A DNA stretch of 49,143 nt from Parcubacteria group bacterium GW2011_GWA1_47_8 (GTDB lineage Bacteria; Patescibacteriota; Minisyncoccia; Phycocordibacterales; UBA1550). The notes beneath the pieces are model-generated. The model was not told where the DNA came from and did not search any database. It saw only the letters and a program-made list of their open reading frames with translations. Shown here piece after piece: positions 8,811 through 17,848 of this stretch. Both the position numbers and the translations under genes were made by a program. The stretch spans positions 1 through 49,143 of the forward strand of contig LCOP01000006.1 of the NCBI GenBank assembly GCA_000996605.1, written 5' to 3'. Within the stretch, counting starts at the first letter, position 1, and the number at the start of each line of letters is the position of its first letter.

Positions 8811-10169
8811 TTAGAACATCGCCCTAATTTGATCAACCTCTTGAATTAATGATAAATCATTCTTCATGTCTGTTTTTATTTTATCACAAGAGTGCATGAC
8901 GGTGGTGTGGTCGCGCCCACCCAGCTTTTGTCCAATTGTTGGATAAGAAATATTGAAATCCTCCCGCAAAATAAACATTGCAACCTGCCGAGGCTTCAAC
9001 ACTTCCTTCCTCCTTGTTTTTTCATACACATAATCTTCTTGGATGTTGTAAAAATCACAAACAACCTTAACAATCTCTTTTACTGAAAGAAGTTTTTTAG
9101 GCTTCGCGGTGTTTTTAATGAACGGTTTTATTTCTGCCAAGGTTAAATGCTTATTTTTCAGCTGGGATTGGCAAATAATACCATTTAAAAGCCCCTCAAG
9201 CTCCCTAATATTACCTTGTACTGATGAAGCAAGATATTCAATAATCTCCACGGGTGGGCAAAAATCATTCACCTCCGCTTTTGCGCGCAAAATAGCGAGA
9301 CGAGACTCATATTCAGGCTCTTGGACATCAACAATCATCCCCGAGCTAAAGCGTGATTTTAGGCGGTTTTCAAGGGTTGGAATATAGTTTGGGTGTTGGT
9401 CGGAAGAGAAAACAATCTGCTTATTGTTGTTATAGAGCTCGTTAAAAATATGAAATAATTCCTCTTGGGTTTTTTCTTTATTGGAGAGGAATTGAATATC
9501 ATCCATAATAAAAAGATCATATTTGCGGTATTTTTCTTTAAAGACGCTCATCGCTTTTGAACCTTGAGATACTGAATTGACGTAATCAATAGTAAACTTT
9601 TCCGAGGTGATGTAAAATACTTTTTTCCCGGGGTGGTGTTTTTTGATTTGGTTACCAATTGCTTGGATGAGGTGGGTTTTCCCCAACCCCGTCTTTCCGT
9701 AAATAAAAAGAGGATTATATACATTTGTCCCCACTTTTTGCAGGATCGCTTGTGATGCCGCATAAGCAAGCTCATTAAAGGAGCCAATAATGAAATTATC
9801 AAACGTATAGCGCGGGTTCAGCCCATCTTCGCGATTTACATAAAGATCATTGAGGGGGAGCTCGGTTTGTTGGTTAAACACAACCTTTCCATCTTGTGGG
9901 CGAACTGTTTTTGAATCCTCGACCTTGTGAACCAAATATTCAACGCCACGGATATGCTCTGAAAGGTTGCGGAGCGACCTCAGTATTGTTTTGTGGAATT
10001 TGTTTTGGAGCCAATCTTTTACAAATTCATTTGGTACCCCCACAATAACCATCCCATCATCTTGCTTTATGATTATGGTGTTCTTGAACCATGTGCTGAA
10101 ATTCGCGCGCGAGAGCTCACCCTCAATACTACTCAATGTTTTTTCCCAAAGTTGTGTGTTGTCAGACAT
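8811..10169 (-). CDS. dnaA: Chromosomal replication initiator DnaA
   Basis: MSDNTQLWEKTL... N-terminus, Walker A GKTGLGKTHL, C-terminal DNA-binding helix (GGRDHTTVMHSC). The ORF-track start at 10229 is an upstream extension. Confidence 0.95.
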   Translation of the reverse strand: MSDNTQLWEKTLSSIEGELSRANFSTWFKNTIIIKQDDGMVIVGVPNEFVKDWLQNKFHKTILRSLRNLSEHIRGVEYLVHKVEDSKTVRPQDGKVVFNQQTELPLNDLYVNREDGLNPRYTFDNFIIGSFNELAYAASQAILQKVGTNVYNPLFIYGKTGLGKTHLIQAIGNQIKKHHPGKKVFYITSEKFTIDYVNSVSQGSKAMSVFKEKYRKYDLFIMDDIQFLSNKEKTQEELFHIFNELYNNNKQIVFSSDQHPNYIPTLENRLKSRFSSGMIVDVQEPEYESRLAILRAKAEVNDFCPPVEIIEYLASSVQGNIRELEGLLNGIICQSQLKNKHLTLAEIKPFIKNTAKPKKLLSVKEIVKVVCDFYNIQEDYVYEKTRRKEVLKPRQVAMFILREDFNISYPTIGQKLGGRDHTTVMHSCDKIKTDMKNDLSLIQEVDQIRAMF

Positions 10170-10262
10170 GGATATGAAGAATAGTTTAGATATTATTGTT
10201 TTATTATACTCACTGGCACCGCAATGCAAAACAACAAAGGGGGGATGAAACAGTTTTTAACC

Positions 10263-10282
10263 TGTGGACAACTTGTGGATTG
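10263..10282. promoter_or_regulatory. Two DnaA-box-like 9-mers in the dnaA/rpmH divergent promoter region
   Basis: TGTGGACAA (10263-10271) and TGTGGATTG (10274-10282), with 1 and 2 mismatches respectively to TGTGGATAA. Confidence 0.5.
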
Positions 10283-10358
10283 TAATTATAGCCTATATAT
10301 AAACATTAAAACAAGGGGGGGCTAGATTTTTCTAAAAAATAGTGTATATTGATACATT

Positions 10359-10496
10359 ATGTCTCAAACATACCAACCAAAAAAGAAAAAGCGCGCAGCA
10401 ACCCATGGATTCCTTGTTCGCTCAAAATCAAAAAATGGTCGCAATATCTTGGCGAGCCGCCGCCAGAAAGGCCGAAAACGTCTCTCCACTGTTTAA
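10359..10496 (+). CDS. rpmH: 50S ribosomal protein L34 (45 aa, below the ORF-track cutoff)
   Basis: Manual translation gives [51 protein letters not shown] lies 8 nt upstream of the ATG. Confidence 0.9.
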   Translation: MSQTYQPKKKKRAATHGFLVRSKSKNGRNILASRRQKGRKRLSTV

Positions 10497-10524
10497 ATTA
10501 AAGGATTTTCTGGGATATTTCCCC

Positions 10525-10860
10525 ATGCTTCCTAAAAAAAATCGCATACTGCGCGCAAAATTTCCCAATAAACAAAAGGGAATAAGGTTTTTTTCACCCC
10601 TTTTTTCTTTGTCTGTGTACAAAACAGAAGCCGTCAATATTACAGTGTCAGTCGTTGTCTCAAAGAAAACGGCAAAATCCGCGGTGGAAAGGAACCTCAT
10701 CCGCCGGCGTATATACACTGCAGTAACCCCCTTCATAAAAGGCATTTCGAGCTCAATACAAATGGTCTTTTATCCAAAATATGAAGTGGCTACCACAAAA
10801 ACCCCTGTTATAAAAGCGGAAATTGAAAAAATTTTGCGCCATGCAAAGTTGCTACCATAG
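10525..10860 (+). CDS. rnpA: Ribonuclease P protein component
   Basis: MLPKKNRILRAKF..., basic RNR-like stretch AVERNLIRRRIY, position between rpmH and yidD. The ORF-track start at 10342 runs through rpmH in another frame. Confidence 0.85.
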   Translation: MLPKKNRILRAKFPNKQKGIRFFSPLFSLSVYKTEAVNITVSVVVSKKTAKSAVERNLIRRRIYTAVTPFIKGISSSIQMVFYPKYEVATTKTPVIKAEIEKILRHAKLLP

Positions 10861-10863
10861 CTT

Positions 10864-11094
10864 ATGAGAAAAATCTTTATTTCTTTGATTACACTATATC
10901 AAAAACTTTTTTCGCCGGACATAGGAATACTCACCCTTCGTCGCGGCACCACCTGTGTTTTTTATCCAACATGTTCGGCGTATACCAAGGAAGCAATCAT
11001 TAAATACGGGGTTATAAAAGGCATTTGGCTCGGCCTGAAACGTGTGGGGAGATGCCACCCCTGGCAGAAAAACCATATTGATCCCTTGCTCTAG
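10864..11094 (+). CDS. yidD: Membrane protein insertion efficiency factor YidD
   Basis: LIxLYQKLFSP, CxFYPTCSxY, GRCHPW motifs. 76 aa. Confidence 0.9.
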   Translation: MRKIFISLITLYQKLFSPDIGILTLRRGTTCVFYPTCSAYTKEAIIKYGVIKGIWLGLKRVGRCHPWQKNHIDPLL

Positions 11095-11126
11095 CCAAGA
11101 ACCCTTATTCGCGCTAATATACTAAA

Positions 11127-11864
11127 ATGGAATCAGGATTTTTCTCAACATTTTTCTACCAACCTCTCTATAATGCGCTCATTTCCTTAATTTTGGTGGT
11201 TCCCGGAGGAAATGTGGGGGTTGCGATCATCCTGCTTACTTTTGCAGTACGTGGAGCACTCCTCCCCCTTTCACATAAGTCTGTTGTTTCTCAAGCTAAA
11301 ATGCGCACGATTGCCCCTCATGTCGAGAAAGTTAAGGACAAGTACAAAGACAACAAACAAGAGCAAGCACGGAAGGTCATGGAGCTTTATAAGGAACACG
11401 GAGTAAACCCATTTTCCGGGTGTCTCCTCCTTATTGTTCAACTTCCGATTATTTTTGCGCTTTACTTCGTCTTTTTCAAAGGACTCCCCCATCTCAACAA
11501 AGAAATCCTTTATTCATTTGTTAGTTTTCCCGATGCGATAAACACGGGGTTTCTGGGGGTTGATCTCCTAAAACAAAGTGTTCTCTTCGCACTTCTTGCC
11601 GCAATAACTCAATATTATCAAATAAAGCTTTCCATGCCACCGGTTCCACCCGCACCTTCTTTGAAAGAAGGAAAACCCTCACTTAAGGATGAGTTTGCAC
11701 GGAGCTTCAGTCTCCAAATGCGCTATATGCTCCCCTTTATTGTGTTTGGTGCGTCTTATTATATCTCTGCCGCTGTTGCGCTTTATTGGACGACCAGCAA
11801 CCTTTTCTCCATCGGACATGAACTTTTTGTGAAGCGTAAGGCGGAAAAGATTATTACTACATAA
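11127..11864 (+). CDS. yidC: YidC/Oxa1-family membrane insertase (short form)
   Basis: 245 aa, multi-TM, with motifs MRTIAPHVEKVKDKYKDNKQ and YKEHGVNPFSGCLLLIVQLPI. rpmH-rnpA-yidD-yidC synteny. Confidence 0.9.
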   Translation: MESGFFSTFFYQPLYNALISLILVVPGGNVGVAIILLTFAVRGALLPLSHKSVVSQAKMRTIAPHVEKVKDKYKDNKQEQARKVMELYKEHGVNPFSGCLLLIVQLPIIFALYFVFFKGLPHLNKEILYSFVSFPDAINTGFLGVDLLKQSVLFALLAAITQYYQIKLSMPPVPPAPSLKEGKPSLKDEFARSFSLQMRYMLPFIVFGASYYISAAVALYWTTSNLFSIGHELFVKRKAEKIITT

Positions 11865-11904
11865 TGCTATAAAGAAACAAGGGCTAGGGATAGCATAATC
11901 GTTT

Positions 11905-13227
11905 TTAGAAGATGCTTGGAATCGAGCCTTCGGATGATACGGGAGGAATACCGGTATCATCGGCGGCTTTTACGAGGTTGAATACCCAAGGAGTTGAGGA
12001 TTTTTTGTTTATAAATACGAGATAGGTGTCATCAGAAGAAAGGGCAAGATTCGTTATGTCCATTTCGTGACCATTGAATATCTTTGGCGTGAATACTTTT
12101 TCCACCACCCCTGTTTTTGTATCTATTTTCCAGACACTATCAGAGAAAGAGATAACCCCTTGGTACCACTGGTCTGGATAAAGGCCTTGGGGGATTTGTT
12201 CGGGAACCGCGCAGTATGCAATGGTTACCGTGATGTTGCCCCAGACGCATTTCTCGGGGAGCGTTTTAAGGGGAGTAGAGCGGAATTCTTTTTTTGTTGT
12301 GTCGTAGAGAGAGAGCACCGGTTCCTTTGTTGTTGTGTCGCTATAGAGGACCATGTTTCCGGTGTGGTTGGTCAAGGTGGTTAAGCCGTTGATGTTTCCG
12401 AGAATGCGCGAAAGAGTCTTTGTTTTTGGATCAAGAAAAAAGAAATATCCCGGGACGTCTCCTGAAGGTTTTGTGGTGAGGGTAATGAGTTTTTGGCTTG
12501 GGAATTGAGGAAGCCATTCAGTAAACACGGAGTTAAAGATGATACTCGTACCAAGCCCTTTCGTATTTGCGGTGGTGCCCCGTGCCGCGGAGGCGCTGTT
12601 TTCAAGATAGAAAAGTTTGTCGGCGCCGTCTTCGGCGATCGCCATATGGGGAATGTAATCGGGAAGATAGACTTCTTCGGTGGCAAGCGATGGTGAGCCC
12701 CCTGCGCTTTCGTCACTATTCGCAAAAGAAAGAATTGGTGCGTTCAAGTTTTGTACGCGTGTTTTGATTGCAGAACCATCTTTGTCGTCAAGGAAACGAA
12801 TTATCACACTATTTCCCTTGTTCCCAAAGAATGCCTCCGCTATTCCAGGATGTGTATTATTGGAAATACGGTTTTCCATGAAGGTTCCAAGATTTGTTTC
12901 AAAAATATGTCCCACACCGCGCTCAATATATCGAGCGAACATAGAGCGGTCGGATTTTGTTCCTATTTCTGCAAAGCCGACTCCTGCAACGGGTGTTTTG
13001 TGGAGTTCGTAGAGGCGGGGTAATTTCATCCCACTGCCGGGTGGGGAAGGTGGCTCCACATCCCCTCCTTCGCGGGGTGGCAATGGAGTACCTCCGTCAT
13101 TGGGGAAACCTGGGGTTTCCTCCGGCGCGACAGATGGCTTTTGGGAGAAATAAAAGTATGCGCCGACTCCCCCGAGGATGAGGATAAGGATTGCGATACT
13201 GACGATAATAAGTGTGCGTTTATTCAT
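11905..13227 (-). CDS. Membrane-anchored extracytoplasmic protein, unknown function (last gene of the T4SS-like operon)
   Basis: 440 aa with N-terminal TM helix LIIVSIAILILILGGVGAYFYF, a Pro-rich linker, then a large beta-rich-looking domain. 3-nt gap to the upstream gene. Confidence 0.6.
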   Translation of the reverse strand: MNKRTLIIVSIAILILILGGVGAYFYFSQKPSVAPEETPGFPNDGGTPLPPREGGDVEPPSPPGSGMKLPRLYELHKTPVAGVGFAEIGTKSDRSMFARYIERGVGHIFETNLGTFMENRISNNTHPGIAEAFFGNKGNSVIIRFLDDKDGSAIKTRVQNLNAPILSFANSDESAGGSPSLATEEVYLPDYIPHMAIAEDGADKLFYLENSASAARGTTANTKGLGTSIIFNSVFTEWLPQFPSQKLITLTTKPSGDVPGYFFFLDPKTKTLSRILGNINGLTTLTNHTGNMVLYSDTTTKEPVLSLYDTTKKEFRSTPLKTLPEKCVWGNITVTIAYCAVPEQIPQGLYPDQWYQGVISFSDSVWKIDTKTGVVEKVFTPKIFNGHEMDITNLALSSDDTYLVFINKKSSTPWVFNLVKAADDTGIPPVSSEGSIPSIF

Positions 13228-13230
13228 ACG

Positions 13231-14376
13231 TTAAAATTGTGGTGCGGATGCTTGGTTGGGGGTGAAGTTGATCACTGTGGACTGTTGAACGTTTTGGAAT
13301 GTGCGCCGGACACCCTTGGCGCTAAAAGTAACAGTTGACCTATTCGCCACCTCTTTTTCGTTGCGGAAAGTGATCGTACGACTCGGATTGTTAACCGACT
13401 TCCCATTAAGGAACCATTGATAAGAGTTAATCTGTTGACCAAGGGTTTCATTCGAGAAGAAATAAGGCTCCGCTTTAATAGAAACCTCTTTTGCGCTGAA
13501 GGCCGAGGTGGCGTCAACAGGACGGTTGTACAAAACACCAAGAAGAGGTTGGCTTTCGTAGAAGAGTATTATTGGTTGAGAGAGGGGTACGTTGATTGCA
13601 AAGTCTGATTTCGTAGCGTCGTTCAAGGAAGAAACTTTTACACGAACATTTGCTTCCCCGTATGGCTTGGGTCCTTCAAACAAGAAAGAGTTTTTATTGT
13701 ATCCTGAAGAGCTTTTGGTCGTGATTCCATCTTTTTCCCATTCAAACACAAGACCACCGCCATCCAGTGTATTTTTTGAGGTTGTGGTGTTGGGGACGGC
13801 AATTATACGCACGGTACTCTGTGTTGTCATAAGAGGCTTTCCTTTATAAAACGGCGGAGTGTATGTGTCAGCCTCCCAGAGAACCATAATGTCAACAGGT
13901 CTGAAGGTAAGTTCTTTGGTGATATTTTCTCCCGTATTAGTGGTGACGGAAATTACTAGCCTTGTTGTGGTGTTTGGAACACCGTTTTTGAAAGAAAAAG
14001 TGGTTTTTCCAATGCCGCTATCAACAACCTTACCATTGACCGACCATCTGATGGTTGCCTTGTTCATGTCAGACAAATAACTTTCGATACTCACATGTAT
14101 TGTTTCGTTGGGACCGGGATTTTGAGGGCTGGTTTTTATGTCCAGATAGTCAGTGATGGCTTTTGTACGAATTTTTTCCGTATCAATAAACTTTTTTTCT
14201 TGTTGTACCATCATGTCGGTTGTTACTTGCTTCATATTGGCGATGTAAGCATCTACGTCAAAAGTCGAGGTAGCAGCTGTTTGCGCAGAGGTCACGAATG
14301 GTACGACGAAAAGCGTACTAAGGAGTATTGAGTATGAAAGGAAACGCATACGTTGCATATATAATAGTATACTCAA
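13231..14376 (-). CDS. Secreted protein, unknown function
   Basis: 381 aa. Signal-peptide-like MRFLSYSILLSTLFVVPFVTSAQTA (alternative start at 14349). T/N/S-rich, beta-rich-looking sequence. Confidence 0.6.
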   Translation of the reverse strand: MSILLYMQRMRFLSYSILLSTLFVVPFVTSAQTAATSTFDVDAYIANMKQVTTDMMVQQEKKFIDTEKIRTKAITDYLDIKTSPQNPGPNETIHVSIESYLSDMNKATIRWSVNGKVVDSGIGKTTFSFKNGVPNTTTRLVISVTTNTGENITKELTFRPVDIMVLWEADTYTPPFYKGKPLMTTQSTVRIIAVPNTTTSKNTLDGGGLVFEWEKDGITTKSSSGYNKNSFLFEGPKPYGEANVRVKVSSLNDATKSDFAINVPLSQPIILFYESQPLLGVLYNRPVDATSAFSAKEVSIKAEPYFFSNETLGQQINSYQWFLNGKSVNNPSRTITFRNEKEVANRSTVTFSAKGVRRTFQNVQQSTVINFTPNQASAPQF

Positions 14377-14409
14377 GTAATTCGGAAAAGTAAAAGGATA
14401 TCCCCATCC

Positions 14410-16236
14410 CTACTTTCCTTGCACTTGGGCATCCGCAAATTCCTGCTTTGCCTTTTTGATGGCAAGAAGTTGCGAGGGGTCGGAGGTGATTATCTGGTCC
14501 TCGGTGTATGAGGCAATCGTTTTTATCGCCACGTGTTTCATGCCGGCAAAGAATATTCCCTCCCCGACGCCGGATTCGAGCAAAAGGTACTTTTCTTCAT
14601 CAGTCAGATTAAAGGCTTTTTGCACAGAATCAATCGATGTCGGGGATTGCTTGAGGAGTATCTGAATCGACGAGTTGGTCATAATGGGTAGTCCATATGG
14701 CGACTTCAAGAAGTCGTTGACGTCTTGAGTAATGGTGGCGATTCCGAGCCAGTATTTGCGGCCGCGTTTGGCGAGGGCGTAGAGGAACGATGCGGTGTCC
14801 TCGGATTTCATCATCCACCATGCCTCGTCGACGACCAAGAGGCGCTTGCGTAAGGTGCGGCGAATGGCGTTCCAAATAAAGTGCGTCACTATGTACATGG
14901 CGACGGGTTTTAGGTCGTCTTCCATGTCGCGTACCGAAAAGACGATGAATTTGCGATTAATGTCGACATTGGATGGCTGATTCAAGAATCCCGACCATGA
15001 CCCGCGGGTATATTTGGAGAGTTTTTGAACGATGCTTTCCGATCCGCTCATGCCCGCAAGCACCATTTCAAAGTCCGAGAGGAGCGGCGGCTCTGCGGTG
15101 GAAAAATCAGACTCGGGAGTGATATCCTTGAGCGCGTATGTTTCCGCAATAGCGCGGTCGACAATAGCGTCCTCTTCGGGGGTAAGCCCGCCCAACATCA
15201 AGCGGAAGAGACCCACAAGCGAAATGATATTGGAGCGCAAGACATCCGCGGGAGATTCGCCCTCTCTCGGTATCGGGAGGTCAAAGGGGTTAATATGGTG
15301 GTCGGAACTCAAAGAAATATTGAAATACCGCCCCCCTACTGCTTCTGCCATGGATTCGTATTCTCGCTCGGGGTCGATGACAATGACATCGACATCAAAC
15401 ATGAGGCTTCGCAGGATTTCGAGTTTAGTAGCGTAGGATTTTCCGGATCCTGATTTTGCAAACGTGATGGAGTTGTAGTTTTCAAGCGAAAAACGGTCAA
15501 AGAGCACAAGGGATGAATTGTGACGGTTGATGCCGTAGAGGATTCCATGGTCCGATGTAAGGTCGAATGATACGAAGGGGAAGAAGCTGGAGAGTGGTTC
15601 GGAATTAATCTTTCTTGTGACAGCTATTTTGTCGTCATTGACGGGAAGTACGCTTTTGAACGCGTCTTCTTGTTGGAAGAGCGCGGGGCGTAGGTAAATG
15701 AGGCGTGATTCGAGCATAGATTTGACTTCGGCTTCGGCGTGGAGGAGGTCTTCTTCGGTGTCGGCGTAAAGCGATACATAGAGCCCTACATCGAACATTT
15801 TTTCCTGTGCTTGTTGGAGGCGGTCACGCAATGTCTCAAGGTCTTGATAGGCCGTCTCGAGCATCGGGTCGCGCACGTATCCTTTTTGTTCGCGTACGGA
15901 AATCTGGCTCTGCACCTCGGCGACTTTCCGCTCAAATTTTTTCATAATCCCCGCCGTGTCGACCGGATGGATATAGATGGAAATGTCAAAAACGCGGTCA
16001 AGGTTGATGAGCGGAGAAAGCCAGTTGTCGTTCACGGCGTTTGGATAGGAGGTTACAAAAAAGGTACGCACAATCTTTTCCCCCAAGTTAATATCCTTGG
16101 GATTGATCTTGATTGCCGAAGGCGCGATGATGTCCCCTAGGTCAAGTCCCGTATCACTATAGAGTTCCTGCGGAAGCACCGGAATCGAATTCTTGTCTTG
16201 GGGGGACGCTTCTTTTTTTGTGAAAAAATCAAACAT
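14410..16236 (-). CDS. VirB4/TraC/TrbE-family type IV secretion ATPase (core plus ATPase domain)
   Basis: Walker A FAKSGSGKSYATK, Walker B RLLVVDEAWWMM, DPEREY motif. 608 aa. Confidence 0.85.
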   Translation of the reverse strand: MFDFFTKKEASPQDKNSIPVLPQELYSDTGLDLGDIIAPSAIKINPKDINLGEKIVRTFFVTSYPNAVNDNWLSPLINLDRVFDISIYIHPVDTAGIMKKFERKVAEVQSQISVREQKGYVRDPMLETAYQDLETLRDRLQQAQEKMFDVGLYVSLYADTEEDLLHAEAEVKSMLESRLIYLRPALFQQEDAFKSVLPVNDDKIAVTRKINSEPLSSFFPFVSFDLTSDHGILYGINRHNSSLVLFDRFSLENYNSITFAKSGSGKSYATKLEILRSLMFDVDVIVIDPEREYESMAEAVGGRYFNISLSSDHHINPFDLPIPREGESPADVLRSNIISLVGLFRLMLGGLTPEEDAIVDRAIAETYALKDITPESDFSTAEPPLLSDFEMVLAGMSGSESIVQKLSKYTRGSWSGFLNQPSNVDINRKFIVFSVRDMEDDLKPVAMYIVTHFIWNAIRRTLRKRLLVVDEAWWMMKSEDTASFLYALAKRGRKYWLGIATITQDVNDFLKSPYGLPIMTNSSIQILLKQSPTSIDSVQKAFNLTDEEKYLLLESGVGEGIFFAGMKHVAIKTIASYTEDQIITSDPSQLLAIKKAKQEFADAQVQGK

Positions 16237-16254
16237 GATAATTTAAAAATTATG

Positions 16255-16920
16255 TCACTTCCCTACATTTACCGATTGCTTCTCGACCTCGCCGGGGTTG
16301 AATAATCGGTAGTAGAGCTCGGTAAGCTCCTCGGTCCCCAGCGGCACGATGCGAACACCCGTGCGTGCCAAACCCTGCGTGATGACTCCCGCGCGCTGTT
16401 CAAGCTGTGAGCGCGCTTCTTCAAATGCTTCGGTGGCGCTCTTGGAAAGCTCGGGTTTTGCGCCACTAGTGTCTTTTTTTGCAAAAAGGCCGCCCATCCC
16501 CCCTTTTTTTGTTGATGCGGTCACCGAGGATGGCGGAGAATACGGCACCACGATGAGGAAGAGCTTGCTCATGATATTGGTCGAGTGCGTGACCGTTCCC
16601 ACAAAGTTTATGTATTCTTTGATTTGAATTTTTAAAAGTTCGTTGGTTTCTAAGCGCAGGCGTTCTTCGAGAAGGAGAAGGTAGGGGCGGATGTCGAGAC
16701 GGCGGGATTGAATAAAGATTTGTGTTGAAAATTCGAGAGAGTTCAAGAAGCTTTGAAATTGCATGAGGACGGACGCTTGTTCATCCGCGGATTTGAGCGC
16801 AAAGTTAATCGATGATGCCATGAGGAGCCGGCGCAAAGTGCCGTCTTTCATGATGACCACGCCATCACGGATTTCCTTGATGGGGATAAATTCTTGCGCT
16901 GCTTTTGATTTTACTGTCAT
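16255..16920 (-). CDS. Separate protein resembling the N-terminal domain of Gram-positive-type VirB4 (PrgJ / Tn916 Orf16 family)
   Basis: EFIPIKEIRDGVVIMKDGTLRRLLMASSINFALKSADEQASVLMQFQSFLNSLEF matches the ...INFxL...E...fLN pattern of that domain. It is separated from the ATPase ORF by 18 nt that carry an additional in-frame TAA. Confidence 0.55.
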   Translation of the reverse strand: MTVKSKAAQEFIPIKEIRDGVVIMKDGTLRRLLMASSINFALKSADEQASVLMQFQSFLNSLEFSTQIFIQSRRLDIRPYLLLLEERLRLETNELLKIQIKEYINFVGTVTHSTNIMSKLFLIVVPYSPPSSVTASTKKGGMGGLFAKKDTSGAKPELSKSATEAFEEARSQLEQRAGVITQGLARTGVRIVPLGTEELTELYYRLFNPGEVEKQSVNVGK

Positions 16921-16924
16921 ACGG

Positions 16925-17362
16925 TTATTTTTTTTCAGATGAATTTTCTATCGCGTTTTGTTTTCGCACCTCAAGGTTGAATGACACGGAGGCGAGTTTG
17001 CCACCGGAAAGTGAGGGTACGCTCGGTGCTTGTGCCCCAATAAATTCTTCTTCCGCGCCAAGCGCTGCATCTTTTTTTGTTTTTTTCCATGTATAGAGCT
17101 TGGTGCCAAAGGCGTATCCGAATCCGGCTTCTAGGATTTCAATAAAAGGCTTGCCGAGCTTTTCTTTCGGATAAAATGCGAGTGCCCACGCGAGAACAGC
17201 CCATGCGAGGATAAGTGGTGCGGCGATAAAAAGAATCGGAATGACTTTGTATATGAGAAACGCACCGCCTGCTCCCCCTACCACATACAGTGCTTGTTTG
17301 AATGTAAGCGGCCCAAAAAGTTTGTCCTCAATATCGATGTACTGGGGGATGTGGAATTGCAT
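16925..17362 (-). CDS. PrgI-family / VirB3-like small membrane protein
   Basis: MQFHIPQYIDIEDKLFGPLTFKQALYVVGG followed by two TM helices. 145 aa, directly upstream of the VirB4 genes. Confidence 0.65.
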   Translation of the reverse strand: MQFHIPQYIDIEDKLFGPLTFKQALYVVGGAGGAFLIYKVIPILFIAAPLILAWAVLAWALAFYPKEKLGKPFIEILEAGFGYAFGTKLYTWKKTKKDAALGAEEEFIGAQAPSVPSLSGGKLASVSFNLEVRKQNAIENSSEKK

Positions 17363-17368
17363 ATAGTA

Positions 17369-17403
17369 AGTCTAAAAGTTAAAAGTCTCAAAGTCAAAAG
17401 TCA
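17369..17403 (-). repeat. GACTTT-repeat leader motif ending 6 nt upstream of the prgI-like ATG
   Basis: The minus strand reads TGACTTTTGACTTTGAGACTTTTAACTTTTAGACT-TACTAT-ATG. A near-identical motif with the same 6-nt spacing lies at 45832-45863. Confidence 0.55.
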
Positions 17404-17745
17404 CAAGACTTTCATGAACCCCGCAATCATTTTTGATGTTTCTATCGTCAGTGTGTAAAGTTCTTCGAACTCTTGCTTCGTGATGTACTTTAATTCACAC
17501 CCCAAGTATAGCATCGACCGCACTTCTCCGCACGAACCTTTTGCGATGGAAAGAAAATGTTTGAATTCTTTATCGCCCCTCCTTTCAAAACCCTCGGCGA
17601 TGTTGTTCATTACTGAGACCGATGCTCGTTGTATTTGGTCTTTGAAACCATAGTCCTTGTTGCTGCCCAATATCTTATAAATAGAAAAGGTTAAGGTCCT
17701 GGCTCTTTGCCAAGCGTTGATATCCTCAAATTTTTCTATTCTCAT
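17401..17745 (-). CDS. Four-helix-bundle protein of the 23S rRNA-intervening-sequence / Avd family
   Basis: 114 aa. Motifs INAWQRARTLTFSIY, QIQRASVSVMNNIAEGFERRGDKEFKHFLSIAKGSCGEVRSMLYL are typical of this family. Confidence 0.85.
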   Translation of the reverse strand: MRIEKFEDINAWQRARTLTFSIYKILGSNKDYGFKDQIQRASVSVMNNIAEGFERRGDKEFKHFLSIAKGSCGEVRSMLYLGCELKYITKQEFEELYTLTIETSKMIAGFMKVL

Positions 17746-17818
17746 ATCTTCTTAAGAACCCATCCACTATCTTCCCCCTTCCCTGAAACCCTTATTTCTG
17801 GCTATAAAACTTCGTCTC

Positions 17819-17848
17819 GTACGAACCATAATTCAATATGGTTCGTAC
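17819..17848 (-). terminator. 12-bp perfect-stem hairpin between the Pro-rich gene and the four-helix-bundle gene
   Basis: gtacgaaccata-attcaa-tatggttcgtac, 15 nt downstream of the stop at 17863. Confidence 0.45.

Noticed and set aside
10342-10524. ORF-track N-terminal extension of rnpA back to 10342
   Set aside because: The extension overlaps rpmH, which reads cleanly in another frame (10359-10496). The RNase P protein consensus begins at MLPKKNR (10525).
17401-17745. Possible diversity-generating retroelement, because of the Avd-family gene
   Set aside because: No reverse-transcriptase ORF occurs anywhere in the window. I found no template/variable repeat pair near the gene or at the 3' ends of neighbouring genes. 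It is reported only as an orphan Avd-type gene.
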